64,000 nt of DNA, taken from positions 186,001 through 250,000 of the forward strand of contig JAIVFI010000015.1 in assembly GCA_025558095.1 (NCBI GenBank), given 5' to 3'. The stretch is from Hyaloraphidium curvatum SAG 235-1 (Eukaryota; Fungi; Monoblepharomycota). Positions within the stretch are counted from its first letter, which is position 1, and each line of letters opens with the position of its first letter. This document shows, piece after piece, positions 1-12,187 of this stretch. The position numbers were made by a program, and so were the translations under genes. The notes under the pieces were generated by a model, which was not told the origin of the DNA, did no database searches, and saw nothing but the letters and a program-made list of their open reading frames with translations.

Positions 1-1157
1 CCGTCCCTCCCCGCGACAGGCTTCCCGTCCACCCTCCCCACGCCCATGATCCCCCCCGCGGTCGTGCAGATGAACACCTCATCCGCGGTGTGGATGAGCT
101 CCTTGGGCACGTGGGTGACCTCGAAGGGGACGCCGAGCTCGGCGCACAGGTCCAGGACGGACTGGCGGGTGACGCCCATGAGGCAGCCGCGCTCGGGGGT
201 GAGCACCTTGCCGTCGGACACTGGAACGGCAGTGGTTGATTGAACATTTGCAGCGCAGGAGCCTCGGTGCGGCGTACCGATGAAGACGTTGAACCCCGGC
301 CCTTCTGTCAGGTACTTGCCCTCGTAGTCGACCAGCACGGCGTTGTCCGCCCCGGCATCGTCGGCCTCGAAGGCCGCTTTCGTGAGGTCGCCCCAATGGA
401 AATTCTTGATAGTAGGATCCACGCAAGCGTCTGGGATCCTAGGGACCGAGCTGACAACGATATGTGTCCCCCGAGTCTCGAAGATGTCCTTTGCGACGAC
501 CCAGGCGAAGGGCACGACGAAGGCGCCGAAGTGAGGCTGGGCGTACTTGGGGTGGCGCGGGGCTCCCGCAGGAGGCGAGCCGCGGAGGCAGTCCATGGCA
601 ACGTAGGCGGAGCGAAAGCCCGTGAGGCGGACCAGGCGGTGCAGGATCTCGGCGATCTGCTCGTCCGTCTCGGCGGGCTTCATGCGCAGCCCGTCCATGG
701 AGCGACGGAACCGCTTGATGTGGTCGTCGAGGCGGAAGAAGTAGCCGTCGAACACGCTGACAACGTCGTAGGTCACATCCGAGCGGCGGTAACCCCAATC
801 CGTCAATGAAATCTTAGCCTCGCCAATTGGGACTATCTTGCCGTGCACGTAGGCCGCGCCTTTCTCGAAAGCGTTGTAACCTGCCGGCACGTTTCCAATC
901 CCAGATAGAGGCCCGTGGAGGCTCCGTGGCCCGGCGCGAGCGACGTCCTCCGCGGCATCGACGGAGACACCCTTGAGCAGCGCCCCCAGCTTGGATTTCG
1001 CGCCGTCCAGGTCCAGCGGCCGGGCAAGCACCACCGAGCCGCTCTCGGCACACACCTCGGCGATTGAGTTGCCGGCGCCGAGCTCGAACGCCAGCAGCGG
1101 CGCGAGCGCGGGGCCCGCAACTTCAAATGCGTCCACAGATTGCTCTCCGCTCGGCAT
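1..1157 (-). CDS. Fold-type IV PLP aminotransferase, (R)-selective amine transaminase-like; 3' end runs off the window
   Basis: Manual translation from ATG at 1157: MPSGEQ...GAAYVHGKIVPIGEAKISLTDWGYRRSDVTYDVVSVFDGYFFRLDDH...DPTIKNFHWGDLT...LTEGPGFNVFI/VSDGKVLTPERGCLMGVTRQ...ADEVFICTTAGGI. In-frame 57-nt GT-AG intron at 221-277. Absent from the ORF track because it has no stop inside the window. Confidence 0.9.
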   Translation of the reverse strand, partial: MPSGEQSVDAFEVAGPALAPLLAFELGAGNSIAEVCAESGSVVLARPLDLDGAKSKLGALLKGVSVDAAEDVARAGPRSLHGPLSGIGNVPAGYNAFEKGAAYVHGKIVPIGEAKISLTDWGYRRSDVTYDVVSVFDGYFFRLDDHIKRFRRSMDGLRMKPAETDEQIAEILHRLVRLTGFRSAYVAMDCLRGSPPAGAPRHPKYAQPHFGAFVVPFAWVVAKDIFETRGTHIVVSSVPRIPDACVDPTIKNFHWGDLTKAAFEADDAGADNAVLVDYEGKYLTEGPGFNVFIGTPHRGSCAANVQSTTAVPVSDGKVLTPERGCLMGVTRQSVLDLCAELGVPFEVTHVPKELIHTADEVFICTTAGGIMGVGRVDGKPVAGRD

Positions 1158-1322
1158 TGCGGAAACGTTCCGGTCACGCGTGGGCGGAACGGAAGCGCGC
1201 TATGGGGCGCCGTCGCGACCATTTGCCACAAACACTCGGCTTCCCCCGTCTCCCACCAAAGAGGCACGGCCGCGAGCACTCAGGGTGCTCGACGCGCTAG
1301 TTTTACCGGGAGCGACACGGAC

Positions 1323-3382
1323 ATGCCGTCGGCGCCCGAGAACGTCCGTGAGGACTCGCGGCGCGCAGCGGAGGCATTTCTGCGCCCGCTGGTGGCAGGC
1401 GGCGCGTGGCTCGGCAAGCTGAGGCGGGATGCGGCCGAGCCGCTCCTGCCGGCCCCGCTCGCCACGGAGGAGAGGATCAATGAGCTGCTCGGCCTCGTCA
1501 CGCTGGAGGGCACCACGCGGCCGTGGCTGCCGACTCCGTTTCGGATCACGCCGTTCATCTCGGGCATCCACATGGCCATCGCGGTGCTTGCCAACCTCAT
1601 CGCGGAGCGCCGCGGGATCAGCCCGCAGCCTGCCCGTCTGGACACGGATCACGCAACAACTTCCCTTGCGGGACACTTTGCGGTGGAGCAGAACGGACTG
1701 ACGTACGGCGGTGTTTTCGAGAAGGACCTCGCAGCAGCAAAGGCCGCCGCGGCCGAAGCTGCGGCAAAAGGACAGGCGCCGACGTCCGACGGCGGGGCCG
1801 AGGCAAATCCGGGCGTCATGTACTACCTGTGGAACCAGACGTTTACCTGCCGCGACGGGAGGGCCATCTTCCTCTACCAGAAATGGGACTCGCCGACCTT
1901 GTTGCTCAAGACCATCGGCTTCCCGGACTCGGAGATCCCCGGCCTCCTCGCCCTCTGCGACCCTGGCCGCTCTACGGCCGAGGACCGCATGACCTTCTAC
2001 CGCCGCCTCGGCGCGCATATCCGCGCCAACTGGGATAGTTGGGACCTCGAGCGGTTCATGACCGATCGAAAAGTGGCTGCGCTCATGGTGCCGCGGTCCA
2101 GGAAGGAGTTTGAGGAGTCGCCGCACGGGCAGGCCGTCGCATGGCGGCCGCCTCTCGAGTTCGGAAGGGCGGACGGACCGCCGCCGGTGCCGTTTACCCC
2201 TCTGCGCGAGCCCGAGAGGGGGATCCTGGCCGGGATCAGGGTGGTCGAGCTCACGCGCGCGCTGATGGGGTCGCGGATCGGTACAGTGCTCGGCTACCTC
2301 GGTGCGACGGTGGTCAAGGCCACGTCGCCGGATCTGCAAGACTTTGGCATCCTCTCCGCTGCTCACAACCTTGGGAAGCTGAGCATATTCCTGGATCTGA
2401 AAAAGGGGGAGGACAAGGAGAAGCTGAGGAAGCTGGTGCGCGGCGCGGATGTCTTCATCCAGAAGTAGGTTTGCCTCCTTTCAGATTGCCTTCTTGTCTT
2501 CTCACCTTTCCATTCCAGCTACGCCGTCGGTGCCTGTGAACGCCTCGGCTTCGGCTCCGCCGACGTATTCAAGATGGTTGAAGGTCGCGGCTGGGGCATC
2601 GTCTACGTCGAAGGCTCCGCTTTCGGCTTCTCCGGCCCCCAGGCCACCGCGCCCGGCTTCGAGCACCTAGCCCAGGCCATCTCCGGCATGGCCCACGCGC
2701 AGGGCATCCACCACGCCTTCGACCCCGAACCCGAAGGCTTCCTCCCCGCCTCGGTGCCCATCAACGTGCTCGACAAGGCGACGGGCCACGTCGGCGCGAT
2801 CGGCGCCATGGTGGCGCTTCTGAGGCGGGCGGACGAGGGCGGCAACTGGCTTGTACGGACGGCGCTGGCGCAGGTCGCGGTCTTCCTGCAGGAGTTCGGG
2901 GCCTACGACGGGCTGGAGGTGCTGGATCCCGCGGCGAGGAAGAGGCCCGAGACGAGGAACCACTGGTTGCAGACCGAGGTCTGGCCGCGGTATCCAAAGG
3001 AGACGCTTGAACCCGACCCCGATTCTTACTTCTTCTATCTCGGGTGAGCTATCCTTGCGTGAACCATTCGACGGCAGCATTAGCTGATCTCTTGCAAAGC
3101 ATCTTCATGGAACAGCACATGAAGAAAGGGCATCCCGCGTCCTTTTCACCCCGCTTCTTTGACTACTACGCAGACGCTCCGTTCGGCTCCTGCAAGATTC
3201 TCAAGCCGCCGCTCTGGCGTGGCTTCGCACGGACTCCGATCTCTTACCGGATCCCTCCCCGGCCCATTGGCTACGATGAGGTGGTGGACAGCTGGGAGGA
3301 GGCGGAGCGCAAGAGCCGCGAGATCGAACGGACGATGAAGAAGGTGGACTTTGAAACCCTCCCGCAGACTGCCAAGCTGTAA
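1323..3382 (+). CDS. CoA-transferase family III (CaiB/BaiF-like), C-terminal PTS1 (AKL)
   Basis: GILAGIRVVELTRALMG...LGATVVK...NLGKLSIFLDLK...ADVFIQ/NY...GFEHLAQAISG. Introns 2465-2518 and 3044-3099. Ends ...LPQTAKL*. Confidence 0.85.
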
Positions 3383-3461
3383 GTTGGTATTGCTGGTATC
3401 AAGAGATGGCTCTACTTGGAAAAGCGTTGGCGCTTCTTCAGGCGCTGCAGAACTTGTCGGG

Positions 3462-6400
3462 TCAAGATGACAGCCGGTCGAAAATGTCGAGACTACGCAC
3501 CAGCCCCTTCCTCGCCGGCACATCCTCATCGCTGTCCTCGATGCTGTCTTCTTGATCCGCAGATTTGCTCTTGCTTCCCCTGCCGATCTTCGTCGGGGCC
3601 TCGTCGTCCGACTCCGATACGGCAGGCCGCCGGCGGATCAGCTTTCGCCGGGGTTGTTCCTCCTCGGACGACTCCTCGCTTTCCTCCTCGGTGCTGGATG
3701 CCTTCTTGCGGCGAAGATTGCGCTTGGGAGGCGCTTTGGGCTGCCTCGAACTGGTGCGCTTGGACCGGGTCCCAGCTCGGCTTTGGGTCCCCAAAGACCG
3801 ACGCGTTCCCTGCAGCGAGAGGCGTCAGAACCAAGCTGGCGAGGAAGTAAGCGTTGAGCAAACCTTTCCGTCATCCTCCTCTTCGCTCTCGTCCGAGGAC
3901 TTCGCTTCCTCGCTCTCGTCGCCCGAGCCCTGGCCTTCCTCGGATTCGCTCGGCTCGGAGCTTCCTTTCTGCTTGAAGGACGCGTTCGACCCGCCGCTCT
4001 CGCTGCCGCTTCCGTCCTTGTTGCCGTTTTCCCCGGCGTCCTCGACAGGACCCCCCTCCGCATCCTTGGGTTGCGCGGCGTCGGTGACCAGCTTCGCTGC
4101 TCGTACCGCGGCCGCCCGCTTCCCATCAGCAACCGGCTCCAGCTGGTGCGACATGACGGTGTTGGACCGAGTCGGCCTCCCGTGGACCACCTCGTCTTCA
4201 GATTCCGAATCCGCACCGCTGCCCTTGGCCATGGCTGCGTTCGCCCTGCGAGCGGCAACGCGCTGCCTTCCCGTCGGGTCAGCAGCGAGGTTCTTGTTCC
4301 GGAGCTCGTGCGGGTTCTTGCGTTCCCGCTTGGCCGCGTCCTTCGCCAGCTTGTCCATGTACACGCGTTGGTGATCCAGCAGACGGAGGCACCAAACGTG
4401 CAGCTGGGGCCCGGTCGTGATGGGCGAGGTCGCCAAGGTCAAAGTCTCCGCGTGAGTTTCCGACTCTTCGTTAACGCTGTCGGCATCGCGCTCGTGCTGC
4501 GCGTGCTTCGCATCGGAACCGTCGACGGAGACATCGTCGAGATGGGCCAAGCTCTTGGCGATCTGGGCCTTGTAGTCCTGCGGAACCTGCGCGGGATCGG
4601 CTGCTTGCACTTTCGGTGCCAAGAGGCAAAGGATACTGTCGAAAGAAGAGGGGCTCGATTCTGCGCGGAAGGCAGGCAACGCTTCCGAAAGATCAGCCAG
4701 CAATGACTCGAGGGCCGCCTGCTCCAGCTCCGCCACGTCCACGTCCTTTGGCTGCTCCAAAAGCTGGCCGCGGTTCGACGCAACCGTGTGCACGAAGACT
4801 TCGTATGCCCGGTCGAACTTCTGCCGGTGCAGGTCGCCGCCAAAGATGTTGTTCTGGCTTTTGTTCAGCGCGATTCCCTTCTGCTTGAACTCTTCCTCCA
4901 AGCACTGCTTCAGGTGCCGTTCCCTGATGCCCTTGTCGTTCAGCTTCCCATGTGCCGCAAGCAAGGTCGCAAGGTCGGGGAAGAAGAGGAACTTGGACTG
5001 GGCTCGCGGAGGAACGCCCGCAGGCGTGTCGAGGTCGTGGTAGGATTCGATCATGAGCCCGAAAGCCATGACCGGCGGGTCCTCCTTGACCTCCTTGACG
5101 CCGTCCTCCGAGCCGGTGGCCTCCGCTTCGGATGCGGAATCGTGGGCATCCGGTCCGGATTCCAGGTCGATCCACCACCAGATCCTTCCGTAGCGATCCC
5201 GCCCGCAGTCTCGCATGGACGAGTGGTTCCGTCCCTTGTTGATCTGGCGGGTCACCCAGTCCAGCTGCTCGTCGTCCACCTTGTCGGCATCGTCGAGCTT
5301 GTCCAGCTCGTTCTCGAGGGAGATTTCCTTACGCTTGCAGTTGTTCAGATCGGCCACGGCATGCTTGATTTTGCTTCGAAAAGAGCGTCAGCACTGGTGG
5401 GCCGCTTCGGTCTTAGGGGTCAAGCCCACCTGCGGTGCATGGCACGGTCCATCTCGGTCTTCTTCTTTGCCTCCATCGACTTGAGCCGCCCTGCAGCTCC
5501 CCCGAGCTCCCACTCCAGCGGTTCGGGCGTCGACATCCCTTCCAGCTCCTTCTCGAGGGCTTCCACCTGTGTGCCTGCCTCCGCTGTCTGCTTCTTGGCT
5601 TCTTCCATCTCGACGTGGATGTCCTTCCGCCTCCGCTCGCGCTCGCGCTTGTCCTTTTCGATGCGCCTCACGGATGTCATGCAATCCTCGTACGCATCGT
5701 GGAAGGCGTCCAGCTCGGGGAACTGGTGGTTGATAAGGTGGCTGAGCGCTCGAACGTGCAGATGCGGGGGAATGAGCTCCGGCCGGGTGCTGGCGAAGAT
5801 CGAAGCCAGCCTCGAAGGCAAGAGCGGAACGAGCATGGCGGAAAGAATGTGCGGATAGTTGAGTAGCTGCTCGCCTGCCGGCGGTTCGACTTCGGGCTGC
5901 AGGCGGTAGAAGAGACGGGTGTAGAGCTTCAGGAAGAAAGCCAGCGATTCGTTCGGATCCTCGACCGTCTTCATGAAGTGAGCTGCAGAAGCTTCCGGTC
6001 AACAACCGAGCCAAAGAGGCACTGGAAAACTCACAGAGTTCCAGCATTTCTCGCTCGAGGACTCCTGGCTGCCACATGGTCCCCGGCTTCCTGACCTTCT
6101 CCTTTCTCCACCGTCCCCGGCCGCGAGGCTTCGAGTCCAGCTTCTCCTCGTCCTCGACGGCGATGGCATCCTGTCCCCAGACGTAGAGAAACTCGCTGAC
6201 CTCTGCCGCGATCGCCCATTCCTCCGCGGTCAGCCTCCGCCACACCATCGAGTCCGGCTTCAGAGCTTCGGCAGGAGTGCCAGAATGCGCCGATATCTCC
6301 GACAACTCGGGCAAGGCCATGGTGGACCGCGCCACGCGGTAGTCGAAATCGTCCCGCAGCGGTCCTTCGGGGTTCTTGCGCGGATGGCCGGGACCGTGCG

Positions 6401-7738
6401 GCAAGGGTACCTCGGGAAACCCGAGGTTGCGTTCCGTGCGGTAGATCTGGAAAGCCATCGAAGCTTCGTGGATGCGGAGCTTGTCGCCCGTCATGCTAGA
6501 TTTGGGCTTGGCCGGTGAAACGCGGAAGACATTGTCGCTTGGGGGCTGCTTGGTCTTGGCAGGGCTTCCGTGCGGTGACTTCGCGCGGATTCAGTCACCG
6601 GAGAGCAGGTATCGACGGAAACACCCACCTTCGGCACGCTGTACACGACCATGCCATCGTCTTTGTCCGCAGATGGCTTGCTGGTCATGTAGCTGAACAT
6701 CGACTTCTGGACACCTTTCGCGGCGGCAGGAGCTTTGCCGGCGGGCAGCTCCTCGTCGCTGCTTTCGAGAGTGTTGACCGTCCGTGCCTGTTCAGGGGAT
6801 GGCCGACTCGAGGCGACCCGCTTTTTGTTGCCGGCGGTGATCTGCACATCGATGTCTCTGGACGGGGAGTGATTCCCAGCCGCACCGCCGCCGAGCTTGG
6901 GCCGCTTCGGAGTCACTGCGTTCCCTTTCCCCGCACGCAGATCGCTGTCCGATTCCGATGTGCCAGCCGCCTTCGACTTTCCGCGCGGAGTCGGAGGCTT
7001 CGCGCCCTTCTTCCGTGCCAAAGTGGATTGAGCAGCGTAGTTCGAGGCCTGTTCCCGAAGCACGGTATCCTCCGAATCCGAGTGCTGGGAAAGCGAACTC
7101 GAGTCGTCATGCTCGCTCAGAGGCGAATCATCGTCAGAGTCGAGCGAGATCACGGGCTGTTTTGCGGCTTGCTTGTTCGTCGACACCGACGGACCGGGGG
7201 CAGGAGCGGGGTCGACCTTGAAGAAATTCGTAATTGCTCGCTGCGAGGTATCCGGTTTCTGGGCCTGGAAAAGCACTCAGTCTCCGTTGACCTTCAGTCA
7301 ATGGCAAGAACCCACTTTGCCGCCGCTCGACGAGGACTTCTTGGGAGGCGCGGCCTTTGGTCCCGTCTGCGGGGTTGGGCCGCCCATCTTCGCGCCACTC
7401 GCGCCCAAAGCGGCAACGGCACCGGTGTTCAGATTCTTTGGAGGCGGAGTAGCCCGCGGCAGGTCCGTCAGGGGCTTCAGATTGCCCTTGGCCGCCGACG
7501 CGGAGTCCGGTCGCTCGGGGCGAACCGCGGGTTCCTCCTCGCTCATGTCCTCATCCTCGTCGTCCGACTTCATGGAATAGTGAAACGACTCGTCGCCGTG
7601 GATGTCCTCTTCGAGATCCGCGTCTGCGGCGGCCCTCGGAGAGGCCATTGGGGCACCCGTCCCAGCACCCGTCCTGTTTATAGCCTTCGTCGGAGTCGGC
7701 GCTGGTTCGTCCTCTCCGCCGTCGATATGGGATAGCAT
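3462..7738 (-). CDS. Large multi-exon chromatin-associated protein with DDT/WHIM(WSD)-like motifs (ISWI-complex subunit, Acf1/WSTF/Itc1-like)
   Basis: Joined from ORF pieces 7298-7738, 6491-7276, 5388-6494, 5420-5974, 3825-5357 and 3462-3794. Motifs EVSEFLYVWG (DDT-like), GRDRYGRIWW and LNDKGIRERHLK (WHIM2/3-like), with acidic low-complexity ends. Exon boundaries and termini are approximate. Confidence 0.6.
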
Positions 7739-7920
7739 GGTGGGAGCCGCGCCGACCCTCAGAAGCGCAGCTCAGGCCCGTTGAGGCCGTCGGCCATAAG
7801 GATGGACGTCGTGTCCAGTCGTCGACGGTTCGTCGGGGCGGGCCATCACGCGAGGCTCACTCATCGGCTCTCTAGGCATTCGAAAGACAATCGAAAAGAC
7901 CGAAACTACATCAATCAGCA

Positions 7921-10900
7921 TCAGCAGTAATTTCCATCGACGTCGTTCTTAGCGAGGACGTGCGAGACCTCCGCGTCGCAGCCGATCCTCAGCAAAGTCT
8001 CGATCCACACCTGCTGCGTCTCCGACAGCTGGTCTCCAGGCCCCTTCACCTCCGAAAACAGAACGTGGTACTTGTCCTTGACATGGTCGTACTTCCACAG
8101 CGTCAGGTCCGGGAAGCCTCCGCATCGCGAGCGCCAGCCCGTCTCGACAATCGCCTCGCACAGCTTGGCAAGGCGTTCGTTCCCAAGAGCTCGGCACACC
8201 CCGACGACGCACTCCTGGGGGACCCGCTTCCAAGCACCGATGCCGACGGGCATGCAGTGGCGCTCCCGAAGCATCCGATCGCGAGCAATGACGAGCTCGA
8301 CGCCGGTCGCCCGAATCTGCTCAATCCAAGGCGCGACCAAGTGGCCACGATTTTGAAAGAAAAGCGGTCCAGGGACGGAGAAGAGGTCGGCGGGATGGCG
8401 GCCGTATTGGTGGGGTAAAGCGTCAACGGGAGAGTCTTCGGCGCCAGGAGGAAAGAGGACGTCGAGGGCCAGTAGGCAGAACTGCGAACAGGTGTCAGTA
8501 CGGTTCAAGTTGGCCAGGACGCAAGCATTTCTGCTCACAATCAGGCCAATGACGCTGTTCTCGGCATGCACGCCGACCCAGTTCCCGTGATCACTGAACC
8601 AATCCATCGCCACCTGCTCCACTGAGACTCCGCCTTCCCATTCGCCGTTTCCGAAGTAGTTGACGCCAGAGTTGATGATCCGCTTCGGTGCCTCAAAGAA
8701 GCCGGCCTCGTGATCCACCAGAGCATCCTCGATGGGAACGTCCAGTTGGACCTCCAGCAGAGCGGCACGCTTGAGGAGCTCGCGCCGGCGGCCGCCTCGC
8801 GAAGCCCAAATACCCTCCCGCTCCTCATCAAGCGCCGCACGAACCCATTCATAGGCATGCTCCGGGAGCCGGCGCTTGTTTCCTTGAAGCACCCTCGTGA
8901 GGTCGTTGAACCAGCGGCCGCGGTGAGAGTGACCGAAGGCCCCCTGTTCCAGCAGCTCCTGCAGGACTTCGCACTGTGACTCGGCGTCCCCGAGCGAAGC
9001 ATGGAGTGCTGCAAGCAGCGTCACGAGCTCCGTGAGCACCGCGCCTTTCTCGGTGCAGCCGCGCCTCCACGCTTCCCGCCAATCGTCGGGCTCCGTGTCG
9101 CCGACCCTCTTCACCTCGGCGCGCCATTCGGCAAGGACCTCGACGGAAAGAAGCTCGACGGCCTCCGCATACGCTTCCTCGGTGCGCTGTTCGACCAGCT
9201 TTCCGATGTCGAAAGCGACTTTGCTGGCCTCGGCCCATGCGTCGAAGCCTTCTCGTCCTTCGCGCCACCAGTCCTCGGACCGCGCGCCCGGTGTGACTCT
9301 GCCCGGCGGCATAGCAAAGCCCTTGACTTGGGTCACCGCCATGTGCGCGAACTTCAGCGGAGAGTGTTTCGGGTCTGCGAGAGAGGCCGCGTACGCGAAA
9401 GGTGACGGGCGGAAGAAGACCGATAGACCAGTGTGCATGGCAGCAAAGACGGGGCCGGGGATCGATACCAGCAAGCCTGGGGAACGAGCGCATTAGTCAG
9501 GACTCGGGCGAGCGAACGAACGAAGCCAGCGCACCGATCAACGACTTCGCCTCCTCCCAGTAAGGACCGGACCGTTCTCGGCGACCCAAGGACAGTCTGA
9601 TGTTGCCATCCGTCCCCTTGATCAGATGCTTCTGGTTCGCCGCCATCTTGCATAGATGTGCGATGTAGTCCTCCTTCTTCTTGGCGCCGGTGCCCATCTT
9701 GGTCCCTCGCGCCATGGCTTTCAGCTCAGGGACGCGAAGATGCTCGAGCAATCGGCCGAGCGACTCCGACTTGTGCACCGAGTAGAGACCCAACTCGAGG
9801 AGCTGGGCATCGTAAGCTTCCAGAACAGCGTCTGGGACCGGTATGCCCCTCGCTGCAAGGCTCTCCAGCAAAATCGGAACGCGCATGGGACGCTGCTTCC
9901 GCAGAAACAATCCACCGAGCACGGCCCGCGAATGCACCGATGCGTCCCGGATCAGAGTCCAAAGCTCCATCTCTGCCGGGTTCAGCACGCGGGAGGCCTC
10001 TTCGGCTGTTGTGAGGAAGACTGCGACTTCGAGCAGTAGATTCGACAACTCCCGAGGGTTGTTCGCCATCGCGTCTGCATCTCGAGCATCCTCCTCGCCC
10101 TCGGAAGCGTCGTCCCGAGCCCGTCCGGTAGGAGCAAAGATGGCATCTTCGTCGTCAGAACCATCTGCCTCGTCGTAGAGTTCCTGCTCGGGAATCTCAA
10201 GACTCTCGGCAAGATCAGAGAGTCCTTCTTGGACCGCCTCTCCAGGAGACGAAAGGATCCCTAGGACCTTACTCTCGAGCATTGGTTCGCCGTTCTCCCC
10301 GTAGATGATCTCCTCCCACACACCGTTCTGCTCCACAGGCGAGTCGACCTCGACGGCGACAACGACTCCCTCGACCTCGACCAGCACAGTCCTCTTCTTT
10401 GGATCGAGCGTGATCCATCGCTTTGCCTTCGTGCTCGACGGCTTGAATCCGAGCACAGAGTCAGGGATTCGACGGTCCGCCAGAACAAGGGTGCGCTGGT
10501 AGCTTCCGTCGAGCCTTTTCGCCAGGTTCGGCGGAGATGGGGCAACCGGAGTTTCCTCGTCGCTGTCCAAGTCGACAAATTCCACGATCGGATTGGGATT
10601 GGTGTTCTCCTTGCACCTCGAAGCAGCCTGGGTCTTTGCAGCTTTCTGCTCGCGATCTTCGGCCTCTTGTCGACGTCGCTTCAGCTTCTCGGACGCCCAA
10701 TCAAAGTATGGAAGAAGGGGAGAGATGGCCTCCTTCTCGGGCGATGCCTTGGCGGATCGCGGGGCTCCGGGCGTTGCCGTCGGCGAAAGGGATGCTTGGC
10801 TCGGTCGCGGCAGGGGCACGCCTTGCTGAATGAACTCCACAATGGGGTCCATGAACTGAGAAGGACGATACTTGTCGCGATCATTGTCAGCTTTGTCGAG

Positions 10901-11959
10901 ACTGTTGCCAGAGGTTGACCGCCGCTTCCGCGACATCTCCTTGCCGAGGTCCGACGGATCGGGAAGCTCATCCGACGAGCCCCAGGAGTCGCTGCTGGCA
11001 GCCCGTGCCGACCGCTTGCGCTTGCCCGTCATGGGCACGACACCGGTCTCCTCGAAGCTGTCCCGCCCGTCCTTGAGAGCTTCTCGTGCTTCCTTCATCT
11101 GTTGCCTCCGACCCGCACGCTTCTCCTTCCGCACGTCCTTTGCGGTTCTCGGCGGAGGTTCGATGCCGAGCTCCAGCCGACGACGCTCTTTTGCTTCGTC
11201 TTCCCACGGGCGCTTGTGGTGGTCCGCACGGCGCCGTGGCGCTGCCTTTGGCTTGGCCGCCTTGGGCGACGACGACGCTGCTGCTGCCTTCGCTTTGGCC
11301 GGTCGCGCTTTTCCCCTGCCACGACCTTTCGAAGCTCTTGCGGGGGCAGACATCTCCACCTCGTCATCCGACGACAGCACGATAGTGTCCATTGTCGGAC
11401 CCGCTAGCAGCGTCGGTAGCGGCGAAGACCCAGAAGGCCCAGCAGCTTCAGTGCGTGCACGCGGGGTGCGCAAAGGAGACACAGTCCAAGGCAGCTTCAC
11501 GGGAGAAGCTTTTGCAGAGCTGGAGATTCCCGTGCGATCGAACGCGTCGAAATCGCCGGCGTGGACATGCATGCGCCGTGAAGGAGACTCTTCGGCACAT
11601 GGTGCACCGATGACGCCCAATTCTCCGTCATCAGCATCGAACGCCTTCTCGCTCATTGGCAGATAGTCGCTCCGACCGGAATCTTGCCTCCTCGCCAGGC
11701 TGTTTGGAGTGGGCGAAGGAGCGAAAGAAGACGAGAACCATGCCGCTTCGATGTCCATGTTGGCGTCCGGGGCCCCGTCCCGCACCGTCTCGTCCACGCT
11801 GACCGGCGCAGGTGCGTCGTCGTCGTCAAGCCCGAACGACGAGAGCGCGTATCCGGCCAAGTCTGCGAGTTCGTCCATTTCGGGCCGGCCGTCCCCGGAC
11901 GACTCCGCGTGGGAAAATGGCTCAGTGCCCGTCAAGATCGCATTCCGCACATCTATCAA
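7921..11959 (-). CDS. FAN1: Fanconi-associated nuclease 1 (VRR-NUC domain) with long disordered N-terminus and SAP-like motif
   Basis: C-terminal GVHAENS...GGFPDLTLW...FSEVKGPGDQLSETQQVW (VRR-NUC PD-(D/E)XK motif), HRGRWF in the TPR-like region, LRVPELKAMARG SAP-like motif. Exons lie in ORFs 9497-11959 and 7921-9474. Confidence 0.85.
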
Positions 11960-12187
11960 ATGTGGCGCGGCAGCTCAGACGCGCCGAGCGGTTCTCCGCG
12001 GCTTTGAGGGGGGAGTCTCTCCTGGCCGCTGCTCGCTCATTTGGCTTCACCGGCAGCGTGGGCGCACAAACATTGGCAATGGGGGCCGCCTTCTATGCCA
12101 CTTCTCTACTTCGTGACACATCTACGCTCTCTACAGGACTGTTGCTCTAATCCGCCTTGAACACCGGGTGCAACGAAAGTTCGGTGA

